A DNA stretch of 64,000 nt from an uncultured Trueperaceae bacterium (GCA_963815215.1 CAWFFU010000003.1:512001-576000), one strand, 5' to 3'; counted from the first letter of the stretch, positions 1 through 14,326 are shown. Translations and numbers: made by a program. The notes: generated by a model from the sequence alone, not told the origin.

Positions 1-735
1 GACCTCACGCGGGCGGGGCGCGCCATCGAAGCCCAGCACCTCGACGGAGCCGGGCGTCAGCACCGCAAGATCGCCGTCGTGCAGGAAGATCACGTCGCGG
101 GTGTAGGGGAGCAGCGCGGGAACATCGCTCGCCAGGAACGTCTCGCCGTCCCCTACGCCGATGACAAGGGGGCTCGTGGCGCGGGCCGCGACGATGACCT
201 CGTGCTCGGCATGGACGACCACCAGGGCGTATGCGCCCCGAACCTCGGCCAGAGCGGTGCTCACGGCCTCGACCAGCCGCTGGGCCCCGACCGCTGCCGA
301 CGCGGCCTCGTAATGCTCCTCGATCAGGTGCACCAGCACCTCGGTGTCGGTATCCGATGCGAAACGGTGCCCGGACCGCTGCAGGCGCTCCCTCAGCTCC
401 AGGAAGTTCTCGATGATGCCGTTGTGGATGACGGCCAGCCGACCGTCCTCCGAGAGATGGGGATGCGCGTTGGCGTCATTGGGCTTGCCGTGCGTCGCCC
501 AACGGGTGTGGCCGAGACCGACACGACCCTGCAGCGGCCGTTCCTTCAACGCCTCCTGCAGCACGCTCAACTTGCCGGCCCGCTTCACCGCATCCAACGT
601 CGGCGACGCCCGGCCGGCCGGCCCCGACACCACGATCCCGGACGAGTCGTAGCCGCGGTACTCCAGTCGGGCGAGACCGTCCAGGATGACCTCGGCGGCC
701 TCACGACCGCCTATGTAACCGACGATGCCACACAT
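1..735 (-). CDS. glmS: Glutamine--fructose-6-phosphate transaminase (N-terminal part; runs off window start)
   Basis: Manual translation from ATG at 735: MCGIVGYIGGREAAEVILDGLARLEYRGYDSSG, the canonical GlmS N-terminus with catalytic Cys. Not in the ORF track because truncated. Confidence 0.97.
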   Translation of the reverse strand, partial: MCGIVGYIGGREAAEVILDGLARLEYRGYDSSGIVVSGPAGRASPTLDAVKRAGKLSVLQEALKERPLQGRVGLGHTRWATHGKPNDANAHPHLSEDGRLAVIHNGIIENFLELRERLQRSGHRFASDTDTEVLVHLIEEHYEAASAAVGAQRLVEAVSTALAEVRGAYALVVVHAEHEVIVAARATSPLVIGVGDGETFLASDVPALLPYTRDVIFLHDGDLAVLTPGSVEVLGFDGAPRPREV

Positions 736-859
736 GGAACATCCCTTCGTGGGATCGACCAGCGTCTCTCGCGACCGGCACCGATGAAGCCGGCCACGTC
801 TCGTTGTGCTTGCCTCGGGGGGAGGGCCCGATCCCGTGAACCCGGACGATGTCGAGCAA

Positions 860-1072
860 GGGGTTCAACTAGGGAGGGGCCCGCAGACTTCCCGCCCCGC
901 CTGGGCGGTGAGCACGCCACTCGCCGGCGTCCTCGGTTCGCGCTTTGGCGCGATCTCCTGAGACCGTCCGCGGTCTCGGGAGACCCGCTATCTTCCGGCA
1001 CCCGCACCGGGCCCGGAAGCCCTCCGCCTCGTCACCGGCAGCCGTCCGTGGACGGCGCCGGGCTTGCGCTTC
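860..1072 (-). ncRNA. glmS ribozyme-like element (atypical, expanded) in glmS 5' UTR
   Basis: Minus strand reads AAGCGCAAG-CCCGGC...GCCGG-UGACGAGG-CGGAGGG ... UGCGGGCCCCUCCC, upstream of glmS. Core partly matches; large insertion. Confidence 0.5.
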
Positions 1073-1122
1073 CTCGACGTCCCTGCCTGGTCGCTCCGGC
1101 GGCCTCCGATCTCGCGGCGACG

Positions 1123-1658
1123 CTACAACGACTCGTTCCAGGGTTCCCCGACCACGAACAGCCGGTGGAGCCCACCCATGAGCCGCTGCTGTCCCGTCTC
1201 CGCGCTCCCCTGCTTGTGGAGCAAGGGATAGAAGAGGATATCACGTCCCAGAAGCACCAAACGCGAATCGAGCACGGCGCCGGAGACCGCCGTGGGCAGG
1301 TTCCGGGGCGGGTAGAACAGCTCGCTCGGGTTGGCCGGATTGCGTTGGATCGGCAACGACGTGACCAGCGAGAGCATCAACGCCAGACCCAGCGCCAGCC
1401 CCCCGATGCCTCCGAGAGCACGCATCAATACCACCGCGCCGCGGTTCTGCTGGACCAGGCGCCGGCCGATCATGCTCAGACCGAGCCCTGCCAGCAGCGC
1501 CGCCACCAGGGCCAGGAAAGGGTTCGCGTGCGCCAGCACGAGCAGCGGGTGGAGCAGCAACACGCCCCCCAGACCGACGAAGAACCCCGACAGCCTACGG
1601 TGCGCTCCCAAGGCCGTCACGGCCGCCACCACCGCCACCAGGACGAGATCGAGCCAGC

Positions 1659-1662
<4 letters not shown>
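1123..1662 (-). CDS. CvpA (colicin V production)-like membrane protein
   Basis: MSWLDLVLVAVV start, several hydrophobic segments, RALGGIGG motif; ATGA overlap with pheT stop. Confidence 0.6.
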
Positions 1663-5047
<3,385 letters not shown>

Positions 5048-5073
5048 TCACAGCGCAGGACGGCGTCCCACGC

Positions 5074-5109
5074 TCAGCGGGTAAAGGCGGAGACCGCCCA
5101 GGTTCTCAT
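5074..5109 (-). CDS. Putative leaderless pheST leader peptide MRTWAVSAFTR
   Basis: ATG 7 nt after TACACT -10; one Phe codon (TTT); followed by terminator hairpin. Confidence 0.6.
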   Translation of the reverse strand: MRTWAVSAFTR

Positions 5110-5116
5110 GTCTGGG

Positions 5117-5145
5117 AGTGTAGCCCCCGGTCCCGCGGGTGTCAA
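5117..5145 (-). promoter_or_regulatory. Sigma70-type promoter of pheST leader
   Basis: TTGACA-N17-TACACT on minus strand. Confidence 0.8.
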
Positions 5146-5735
5146 CGCGCGAGCGCCGATCCGTCGTCGGCTCGGAAGACGTCGCAGAACCAGCGTCCGT
5201 TCATCGGGAACGGGTCGTGCACGAGCGGGGGCCGCACATGAGCCCGGCCCCAGGCGTCCGCGGCGGCCTCGTCGGCGAACGGGCCGACCACGGTGTCGTC
5301 GTCCAGGTCGTCGGCCCCCAGATCATCGTCGGGCGCCTGCGGGAGGTCGAGTTCGCGTCGCACGCCGCGAGCGTCGTCGACCTGCCGGAAGTAGACGTGA
5401 CGCCTGCGCCATTCGGGTCGGTCCGCAAGCGGCGCCAGCAGCGCGTCGAGGCGCTCCAACTCGTCGGCCGACAGCGGCGGGAACGCCAGCAGCCGTTCAC
5501 GTCGGCCGTCGGCGACGCGGAAAGCCTCCCGCCCCGGGAACGCAGCGAGCAGCATGGCGCCCGCCAGCTGCGCCAGATCCGGAGCCACGCACAGCACCTC
5601 GCCGGCGGCGAACGCCATGTAGTCGACGGGGGCCTTGCGCTTCAGGTCGTCGAGATCGATGCCCTCAGCCTCGGCGCGGGCACGCAGCGCCGCGCTGGGG
5701 ATGTGGCGCCGCAGCCGCTCGTCGAGGTCCGTCAC
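5142..5735 (-). CDS. Hypothetical protein
   Basis: 197-aa ORF with GGAGG SD before GTG; host-like codon usage; no motif recognised. Confidence 0.7.
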   Translation of the reverse strand: MTDLDERLRRHIPSAALRARAEAEGIDLDDLKRKAPVDYMAFAAGEVLCVAPDLAQLAGAMLLAAFPGREAFRVADGRRERLLAFPPLSADELERLDALLAPLADRPEWRRRHVYFRQVDDARGVRRELDLPQAPDDDLGADDLDDDTVVGPFADEAAADAWGRAHVRPPLVHDPFPMNGRWFCDVFRADDGSALAR

Positions 5736-5768
5736 GTCAGCACCTCCGCGTTCGAACGTCCGACGCGA

Positions 5769-6929
5769 TCAGGCCGCGGCCGGCCGGCGCGCCCCGCGGA
5801 AGCGCTCCGTCAGATCGTGCTCACCGAGGACGCCCTGAAGGGCTCCGAAGAAGCGTTCGTAGTGCTCATCGCGGGCTCCCTCCCCCATCAGGCCGAGGCG
5901 CCAGATCCGGCCGGCCGTCGGTCCCAGTCCCCCGGCGACCGTCACGCCGTGGTCGCGCCGCAGCGCGCTGCGTGCCGCGGCCTCGTCCATGCCGGCCGGT
6001 GGCACCACCGCCAGCACCGTGGGGAGCCGATGGCGCGCCGGCACATAGGCCTCGAAACCGACACTCTCGAGGGCGGCCAGCGCCGCCTCTCCGACGCGCC
6101 TGGCACGCTCGGCCCGGACGTCCAGGCCTTCCTCTAGCGCCGCTGACAGCGCCTCGCCGAGCGACCAGTGGAGCTGAACGGGCACGGTGTGGTGGTACTG
6201 GCGCCCGCCGTCCCCCGGCTCCCAATAGCGCCGCATGCCGATGGCGTCGGCGTACCAGGTGGCCACCGGAACGCGCCTGCGCGCGATGCGCTCCATGGCC
6301 CGCTCGGAGAAGGCCACCGGCGCCACCCCGGGAGGAGCCGACAGGCACTTCTGGGAGCCGGTGTAGGCGTAGTCGATCCCCCAGTCGTGCATGGCGAAGG
6401 GCATCATGCCGACGGTGGTCACGGCGTCGACACTGAACAGCGCTCCGGCGCTCCGCGCCACGGCCGCGAGCTCCGGCACGGGGTTGAGGACCCCGGTACT
6501 GGTCTCGCCGTGCACCACCGCGATGAGCGCCGGCCGCAGGGTGCGGGCCGCACGCGCAGCCTCGTCGACGTCGACCGGGTCACCCGCCTCCGAGCGGACC
6601 ACGTGGACGTCGAGCGACAGCCGTGTCGCCATGTCGACCATGCGTTCGCCGAAGGCGCCGTTGGACAGCACCAGCACCCGCTCGCCGGGCTCGAGTAGGT
6701 TGGCGAGGCCCGCCTCCATCCCGAGCGAACCGGTCCCGGACAACAGGCTCGTGAAGGCGCCCGGCGCGGTCCCGTACAGGCGTCGCAGATCGGCCACGAT
6801 CCGGTCGTTGTAGGCGAACACCTCGGGGTCCATGTGCCCCCGCATCGGCCAGCTCAACGCAGCCTGGGCCCTGGGATGGATCGGCGTGGGCCCGGGAGTG
6901 AGCAGCAATACGTCGTCGTTCGGCATCAT
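5769..6929 (-). CDS. Class V PLP aminotransferase (alanine-glyoxylate/serine-pyruvate family)
   Basis: [28 protein letters not shown] (PLP Lys), WRLGLMG; GGAGG SD before ATG 6929. Confidence 0.92.
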   Translation of the reverse strand: MMPNDDVLLLTPGPTPIHPRAQAALSWPMRGHMDPEVFAYNDRIVADLRRLYGTAPGAFTSLLSGTGSLGMEAGLANLLEPGERVLVLSNGAFGERMVDMATRLSLDVHVVRSEAGDPVDVDEAARAARTLRPALIAVVHGETSTGVLNPVPELAAVARSAGALFSVDAVTTVGMMPFAMHDWGIDYAYTGSQKCLSAPPGVAPVAFSERAMERIARRRVPVATWYADAIGMRRYWEPGDGGRQYHHTVPVQLHWSLGEALSAALEEGLDVRAERARRVGEAALAALESVGFEAYVPARHRLPTVLAVVPPAGMDEAAARSALRRDHGVTVAGGLGPTAGRIWRLGLMGEGARDEHYERFFGALQGVLGEHDLTERFRGARRPAAA

Positions 6930-6992
6930 GGCAGTCCTCCAACACGGTGCGGCGGTCCCATCGGAGTCGCTGGGGTCTGCCCCGCTCCCACC

Positions 6993-7029
6993 AAAGGAAC
7001 GAGACCGCGCCATGGCGTGGCGGGTCTCG
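6993..7029 (-). terminator. Terminator-like hairpin in aminotransferase leader
   Basis: CGAGACC...GGTCTCG stem followed by UUCCUUU. Confidence 0.5.
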
Positions 7030-7074
7030 AACATGCGACGTTCTCCGGCCGCAGGCGGCCGGCGATCGTCGCCG

Positions 7075-7104
7075 TCAGGAAGCTCGCGCGGGTACCGTCC
7101 GCAT
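7075..7104 (-). CDS. Putative leaderless leader peptide MRTVPARAS
   Basis: ATG 8 nt after the -10 of a TTTACA-N17-TACACT promoter (7113-7141); upstream of hairpins and the aminotransferase. Confidence 0.45.
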   Translation of the reverse strand: MRTVPARAS

Positions 7105-7194
7105 CGTGGGCGAGTGTACAGGAGGGCCACCCCACTGTAAAGTCGAGCCCTTCACAGGCGGTCCGTGCGCCGACCGCCGCCTGTCCGCCGGCGG

Positions 7195-7224
7195 TTGAAG
7201 TGGGCGCGCGCATCGGGGTATACT
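7195..7224 (+). promoter_or_regulatory. Promoter of rimP-nusA-infB operon
   Basis: TTGAAG-N18-TATACT. Confidence 0.65.
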
Positions 7225-7253
7225 CCGGCCCGGACAACGTCCCGGTGTTTGCT

Positions 7254-7286
7254 CGGGTGGGTTCGCTGGGCCCACCCGGTTTTGTT
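7254..7286 (+). promoter_or_regulatory. rimP-leader-type terminator hairpin
   Basis: CGGGTGGG...CCCACCCG + GTTTTGTT just before rimP, the position of the known rimP leader attenuator. Confidence 0.65.
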
Positions 7287-7307
7287 GGGGCGGTGGCAGG
7301 AGGATGC

Positions 7308-7751
7308 ATGGAACTGGCGCAAGCGGCGGAGGAGGTGCTCGCGCCACTCGGGTTCGAGGTTCTGGAGTGCAAGGTCAGCGGAACCGGCCGCGAGCGGCGA
7401 GTCCTGTTGCGCATCGACCGCCTCGACGAGCATGGGGTGAGTGTCGACGACGTCGCGAAGGCGGCCGAGGTGTTCGGGTTGGAACTCGATCGCCTCGATC
7501 CCTTCGAGACGCCCTATCGATTCGACGTCGAGTCGCCCGGGGCCAAGCGTCCACTCAGGACGTCGCGTCACTTCGAGCGCTTCCACGACCTGTTGGCGAA
7601 GGTACGCGTCGAAGGCGAGACCTTCACCGGCCGGATCCGTGAGGTGTCGGACGCGTCCGTCGTCTTCGAGGTCGACGGGGGGCGCCGTGAGGTGCGCCTC
7701 GACGCCATCCAGATCGCTCGCCTGGCCGAATGGCCGGACGAGCCGCGCTAG
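7308..7751 (+). CDS. rimP: Ribosome maturation factor RimP
   Basis: LLRIDR, YRFDVESPG motifs; AGGAGG SD; upstream of nusA. Confidence 0.93.
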   Translation: MELAQAAEEVLAPLGFEVLECKVSGTGRERRVLLRIDRLDEHGVSVDDVAKAAEVFGLELDRLDPFETPYRFDVESPGAKRPLRTSRHFERFHDLLAKVRVEGETFTGRIREVSDASVVFEVDGGRREVRLDAIQIARLAEWPDEPR

Positions 7752-7824
7752 GCCCGGTCGTCGTTCGCGTCACGCACAGCGGGGCGCGGGTCACGGCCCA
7801 CAACCGAATACGAGGTGGTTAGAG

Positions 7825-9084
<1,260 letters not shown>

Positions 9085-9086
9085 GC

Positions 9087-9413
9087 ATGGCGGGCCCGAC
9101 CGGGAAGCACGTGCCCCTCAGACGCTGCGTGATGTGTCGCGCGTCGCTGCCGAAGGCGGAGCTCGTCCGCCTGGTGCGGGATGTCGAGGGCCGGTTCGAG
9201 CTCGACCCAACCGGACGTGCGGGCGGGCGAGGCACCTGGGTGTGCCTTCGCTGCGCCCGCGATCCCGCGGAGAAGCGCCTCAAGCAGGCCTTTCGAGGCC
9301 AGTCGGCGCACGTCCGCACGCTGCTCGCCCCCACCGAGGAGGATCCCACCTCCGAGGCAGGCGACGGCGCTCCTCGCGCAAGGCATCGGGACGGAGGCAT
9401 GAATGTCCGATAA
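9087..9413 (+). CDS. ylxR: YlxR/DUF448 RNA-binding protein
   Basis: PLRRCVMC...GRGTWVC motif between nusA and infB. Confidence 0.9.
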   Translation: MAGPTGKHVPLRRCVMCRASLPKAELVRLVRDVEGRFELDPTGRAGGRGTWVCLRCARDPAEKRLKQAFRGQSAHVRTLLAPTEEDPTSEAGDGAPRARHRDGGMNVR

Positions 9414-11208
9414 GGTACGGATCTATCAGCTGGCGAAGGACCTCGGCATCGAGACCAGGGAGATGTTGAGCATCCTGGACGAGATGGGCGTGGAATACAA
9501 GTCGCATTCGAGCACGTTGGAGCACGAGGTGGCCGACACCGTGCGGCAGCTCGTCGCGCGAGACGATGGGGACGCGCAGGCCCCCGCGAAGCCTGCGGCC
9601 ACGGCGGCGGCGACGGGCGCCGGGTCCGGCGCGAGCGGGGCCACGGCAACGGTCGCCAAGCCCAAGGCCGCAGCCAAGGAGGCGGCCGGGTCCGACGCAC
9701 CTCTGCGGGCGCCCGTCGTCACCGTGATGGGCCACGTGGATCACGGCAAGACCACGCTGCTCGACTACATCCGACATACGAAGGTGGCCGAGGGCGAGGC
9801 TGGCGGCATCACGCAGCACATCGGCGCCTACCAGGCCGAGACCAAGGGCGGCATCGTCACCTTCCTCGACACGCCGGGCCACGAAGCGTTCACGTCCATC
9901 CGTCAGCGCGGCACCAACGCCACCGACATCGCCGTCATCGTGGTGGCCGCCGACGACAGCATCATGCCGCAGACGCGCGAGGCCATCGCCCACGCCAAGG
10001 CCGCCAAGGTGCCGATCATCGTCGCGATCAACAAGTGCGACCTGCCTCAGGCGGACCCCGAGAAGGTCAAGCGCGACCTGATGCAGGTCGAGCTGGTCCC
10101 CGAAGACTTCGGCGGGGACACCATCGTGGTCGAGATCAGCGCCAAGAGCGGCGAAGGGGTCGACGACCTGCTCGAGATGATCTCGCTCGTGGCCGAAGTG
10201 GAGGAGCTGCGGGCGGCCCCGGACGGCGGGGCGCGCGGGCTGGTGATCGAGTCGGTGCTCGACAAGCGAGCCGGCGTTCTGGCCACCGTGCTGGTGCAGG
10301 AGGGCACGCTACGTGTGTCCGACTACATCGTTTCGGGAGAGGTCTGGGCCAAGATCCGGCGCCTGACCGACCACACCGGGACCGCCGTGGTCGCGGCCGG
10401 TCCCTCGGTTCCGGTCCAGATCCTCGGCTTCTCCGAGCAACCCAACGCCGGCGACCCGATCGAGGCCGTGGCCGACGAGCAGACGGCCAAGCAGTTGGCC
10501 GAAGGGCGACGCGAGGAGCGTAAGGACGCCGAACGGGAGTCCATCGGACGCAAGGGGCTCACGCTCGCCGATCTCTTCGGCAAGCCCACCAAGAAGATCA
10601 TCAACCTGATCGTGCGGGCCGATGCCCAGGGATCGCTGGAGGCGATCAAGGGGGTGCTCGCGCGAGAGGCGGAGACCACCGAAGAGGTGGACCTCGAGCT
10701 CATGCTCGCCGAGGTCGGCGCCCCGACCGAGTCGGACCTGCTGCTGGCCAGCACCGCCGATGCCACGGTCATCACCTTCGGCGTGACCGCCCCCGGCAGC
10801 GTGAAGAAGTCGGCCGAGCGGCAGAAGGTATCCATCAAGAGCTACAAGATCATCTACGAGCTGATCGAGGACGTGCAGCGCATGATCCGCGGGCAGATCG
10901 AGCCCGAGTTCGAGGAACGGGTCATCGGCCACGCCGAGGTTCGCGCGGTCATCCGCGTGCCCCGCAGCGGCAACATCGCAGGCTCCTACGTCACCGACGG
11001 GGCGATCCGGCGCGGCTCCAAGGCGCGCCTGACACGGGCTGGCAAGGAGGTCTACAAGGGCTCCATCGCTCAGCTGCGACGCTTCAAGGACGACGTCCGC
11101 GAGGTGGCCTCCGGGTTCGAGTGCGGCGTCCACCTACAGAACTACGACAACGTGCAGGAAGGCGACATCATCGAGGCCTACGAGATGGTCGAGGTGACCT
11201 CGATCTGA
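9403..11208 (+). CDS. infB: Translation initiation factor IF-2
   Basis: [30 protein letters not shown]. Confidence 0.98.
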   Translation: MSDKVRIYQLAKDLGIETREMLSILDEMGVEYKSHSSTLEHEVADTVRQLVARDDGDAQAPAKPAATAAATGAGSGASGATATVAKPKAAAKEAAGSDAPLRAPVVTVMGHVDHGKTTLLDYIRHTKVAEGEAGGITQHIGAYQAETKGGIVTFLDTPGHEAFTSIRQRGTNATDIAVIVVAADDSIMPQTREAIAHAKAAKVPIIVAINKCDLPQADPEKVKRDLMQVELVPEDFGGDTIVVEISAKSGEGVDDLLEMISLVAEVEELRAAPDGGARGLVIESVLDKRAGVLATVLVQEGTLRVSDYIVSGEVWAKIRRLTDHTGTAVVAAGPSVPVQILGFSEQPNAGDPIEAVADEQTAKQLAEGRREERKDAERESIGRKGLTLADLFGKPTKKIINLIVRADAQGSLEAIKGVLAREAETTEEVDLELMLAEVGAPTESDLLLASTADATVITFGVTAPGSVKKSAERQKVSIKSYKIIYELIEDVQRMIRGQIEPEFEERVIGHAEVRAVIRVPRSGNIAGSYVTDGAIRRGSKARLTRAGKEVYKGSIAQLRRFKDDVREVASGFECGVHLQNYDNVQEGDIIEAYEMVEVTSI

Positions 11209-11360
11209 CCGGGCTGTGACACCGGTGCCGGAGAGCGCGCAGCCCCTCTCCCTCGTCAACCGCCCCGACCGCGCCCGAGCGTGGCCGGGGCGGAGTCGTT
11301 GACAGCGATGGGACGCCGGGCCCGCCGCACCACGCTACTCCACGCGCTAGAATGGCCGAC

Positions 11361-11714
11361 GTGCAGGCCGCTGTGACGACTCTCTCGCGACGGCGCGGAC
11401 TGGCATTGAGCCTCGCGCTCGCCGCGACGCTGGCGGCCATCCCGTTGCAGCCGTTGGCGGCGGCGGCGCGCGATCCGTCGACCGCCGGCGCCGGCATGGG
11501 GACCCGAGCGCCCCTGATGCTCGAGAGCAGTGCCCGCCTGACCTCTCCCGGCAGCGGAGCGGGAACGTTGCGCGTTCCGGTGCTCCCGGGTCGCGGGCCG
11601 TCCCCGACGCCGCCGGGCCGGACGCCGCCGAGCGCAGCGTTGCAGGGCGCACCCGCGCCCGCGCCGTCGTCGTTGCTGGCCGCGTACGGCAGGCTCCAAC
11701 TCGAAGGCGGGTGA
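11361..11714 (+). CDS. Secreted-type uORF upstream of secDF (candidate arrest/monitoring peptide)
   Basis: TAGAAT -10 7 nt before GTG 11361; RRR + hydrophobic signal-like segment, Pro-rich linker, C-terminus YGRLQLEGG. Confidence 0.55.
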   Translation: MQAAVTTLSRRRGLALSLALAATLAAIPLQPLAAAARDPSTAGAGMGTRAPLMLESSARLTSPGSGAGTLRVPVLPGRGPSPTPPGRTPPSAALQGAPAPAPSSLLAAYGRLQLEGG

Positions 11715-11814
11715 GGGCGAGTCCGTCCCTGGCCCGTGGACGCCGGCGGCATGCGTGCGCCGTTGCGCCCTCCCTCCCCCTCAACCCCTCGAACATCCGT
11801 CCTAGGAGACCTCT

Positions 11815-14007
11815 GTGAACCGAAGGACCTTCACCGGCGCAATCGTGGTGGCGGCGATCATCGCGTCCATCCTGTACCTCTGGCAGCCCTGGAGCTCGAC
11901 GGCTCCGCTCAAGCTCGGGCTCGACCTGCAAGGCGGCCTGCGCGTGGTGCTGCAGGCGAACACGGCCAACCCGTCGTCCCAGGACCTGGCGACCGCCCGC
12001 AACGTCATCGAGAACCGCGTCAACCAGTTCGGCGTGTCCGAGCCTCTCATCACCACCTCGGGCAAGAACCGCATCGTGGTGGAGCTGCCAGGCCTCACCG
12101 CCGCGGACCAGAAGCGTGCGCTCGCGCTCATCGGCCAGCAGGCCAAGCTCTACTTCCAACTGGTCAAGCCGTCCGCTCAGAACCTGAGCGTCGCCCAGAT
12201 GAGCCTCACCGATCTCGAAACCCCCGCCTTCACCGGTGAGATCATCAGCACCGCCCGCGCGGACTTCCAGCGTGTCGGCGGCTCCACCACGGGCCCGGCC
12301 GTGTTCTTCAACATCAAGCCCAAGGACGCGGGCAAGTTCGGGGACTTCACCGGAGGCAACATCGGCCGGCGCATGGCGATCGTGCTGGACGGCAAGATCA
12401 TCACGGCGCCGACGCTCCAGTCGCGTATCTCCGACTCGGGACAGATCACCGGCATCCAGTCGCTGGAGGAAGCCAGCAACATCTCGCTCGTGCTCCGCTC
12501 CGGTAGCCTCCCGATCAGCCTCCACGTCGAGGAGATCCGTTCGATCGGCCCGACCCTGGGGCAGGACAGCATCAACGCCGGCAAGGTCGCCGCCTTCATC
12601 GGCGGGGCGGCCGTCGTGGCGGCGGTCATCGGCTACTACGGCCTGGTCTTCGGAGGCGTCCTCACCTTCGGCCTCGGGCTCGCCATGCTGTTCATCTTCG
12701 GCGCCCTGGCCGCCCTCCACGCAGCGCTCACGCTGCCCGGCCTGGCGGGCCTGGTGCTCACCATCGGCGCCGCCGTGGACGGCAACGTCATCAGCTTCGA
12801 GCGCATCCGCGAGGAATTGCGGGCCGGCAGGTCGATCCGGCTCGCCATGAAGACCGGCTTCGGCAACTCGCTGTCCGCCATCATCGATGCCAACGTCACC
12901 ACACTGCTGGCGGCCGCCGCGCTCTACCAGTACACCACCGGCCCGGTGCGCGGCTTCGCGATCACGCTCGCCATCGGCATCATCGCCTCGGTGTTCGTCA
13001 ACGTCGTGGTGGTGCCGTTCATCCTCGACCTCATCACCTCGGGCAAGAGCAAGCGCACCTACCTGTGGAAGGGTTTCTTCGTCGAGGGCATCCGCTTCGT
13101 GAGCAAGGCGCCCGTGATCATGAGCATCTCCGGCCTGCTGGCGGTGGCCTCCATCGCCATCGTGTCGATCGACGGCCTGAAGCTCTCCACCGACTTCACG
13201 GGCGGCACCAACGTGCTGGTCGACGTCCCCAACGGCACCACGGTGGCCGACGTGCGCACGGCCATCACCGATCTGAACTACCCCGGCATCACGGGCAAGA
13301 ACGCCACCGTGGTGAAGGTGATCGACAACACCCTCCAGGGCAACCCGATGTCGATCCGGGTCGGTCTGAACGAGACCGGCCAGCAGAGCGCCGACCAGTT
13401 CGCCAACGACCTCACCGCCAAGCTCAAGGGGCAGCTGTTGCAGGCCAACTACGTCGGCCCCGCCGTCGGGGCCGACCTGCGACAAGCCGCCATCATGGCC
13501 GTGCTGGTAGCACTCGGTCTGATCCTGCTGTACGTGGCGTGGCGCTTCTGGCCTAACTGGATCGTGGCGGTGGCCGCCATCATCGCCACCATCCACGACG
13601 CAGGCATCGTGCTCGGCGCGCTCGACCTGTTCAACGTCACGTTCAGCATCCCGGTCCTGGCGGCGGTCCTGTTCGTCGTAGGCTACTCGCTCAACGACTC
13701 GATCATCATCGCCGACCGTATCCGAGAGAACCTCCGCAAGGTGCGCGACCGCAGCTACGCCGAGGTGGTCGACCTGGCGGTGAACCAGACGCTGTCGCGC
13801 ACGGTGGCGACCTCGGGCACCACGCTGCTGCCGGTGATCGCGCTGTTCCTGTTCGGCGGCAGCGTGCTACGGGGGTTCAGCATCGCGCTGCTCATCGGGA
13901 TCGGGTTCGGCACCTACTCGAGCATCTTCATCCTGTCCCCGATGGTGGTGTGGTTCAAGATGCAGCAGCAGAAGCGCGCCCGCCGCAGCCGGCGGCGCAC
14001 CGCCTGA
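11815..14007 (+). CDS. secDF: Fused protein translocase subunit SecDF
   Basis: LGLDLQGG, AVDGNVISFERIREE, DFTGG, GYSLNDSIIIADRIRE in one ORF. Confidence 0.97.
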   Translation: MNRRTFTGAIVVAAIIASILYLWQPWSSTAPLKLGLDLQGGLRVVLQANTANPSSQDLATARNVIENRVNQFGVSEPLITTSGKNRIVVELPGLTAADQKRALALIGQQAKLYFQLVKPSAQNLSVAQMSLTDLETPAFTGEIISTARADFQRVGGSTTGPAVFFNIKPKDAGKFGDFTGGNIGRRMAIVLDGKIITAPTLQSRISDSGQITGIQSLEEASNISLVLRSGSLPISLHVEEIRSIGPTLGQDSINAGKVAAFIGGAAVVAAVIGYYGLVFGGVLTFGLGLAMLFIFGALAALHAALTLPGLAGLVLTIGAAVDGNVISFERIREELRAGRSIRLAMKTGFGNSLSAIIDANVTTLLAAAALYQYTTGPVRGFAITLAIGIIASVFVNVVVVPFILDLITSGKSKRTYLWKGFFVEGIRFVSKAPVIMSISGLLAVASIAIVSIDGLKLSTDFTGGTNVLVDVPNGTTVADVRTAITDLNYPGITGKNATVVKVIDNTLQGNPMSIRVGLNETGQQSADQFANDLTAKLKGQLLQANYVGPAVGADLRQAAIMAVLVALGLILLYVAWRFWPNWIVAVAAIIATIHDAGIVLGALDLFNVTFSIPVLAAVLFVVGYSLNDSIIIADRIRENLRKVRDRSYAEVVDLAVNQTLSRTVATSGTTLLPVIALFLFGGSVLRGFSIALLIGIGFGTYSSIFILSPMVVWFKMQQQKRARRSRRRTA

Positions 14008-14130
14008 GAACGGACCCCGCGCCCGTGCGCCGCATCCCGGCGGCAGACCGGCATCCTTGCACGCTCCGGCACCGGCCCCTGGAAGGGTCGGTGCCGTTCT
14101 TCTGGCGACATCCGCTGCACGCTGGTCCGC

Positions 14131-14291
14131 GTCCCCGCGCCATCGCTCAGCCACAATGAACGAGCCAGCGCAGGCCCGGCGAACGGTGGCCCGTCTAGAT
14201 GGACCGGTCTAGCTTACGGTAGTCGGGGCGGCCCTTCCCCACCTGGGCCGAGCGAAGAAGGAGACGGTCGTAGCGATGGAGCGACGGGGAC
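14131..14291 (+). ncRNA. 6S RNA-like rod with central bubble
   Basis: GUCCCCG/CGGGGAC and CCAUCGCU/AGCGAUGG closing stems, purine-rich internal bubble, GGCCCGG/CUGGGCC and GGUGG/CCACC inner stems. Confidence 0.5.
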
Positions 14292-14326
14292 CGGCGTGAC
14301 CCCGGCGCCGGCGCGCGTCGACCGGC

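Noticed and set aside
860..1020. Group I intron in the glmS leader
   Set aside because: Only vague resemblance (GAAGAUAG); no ordered P/Q/R/S elements and too short.
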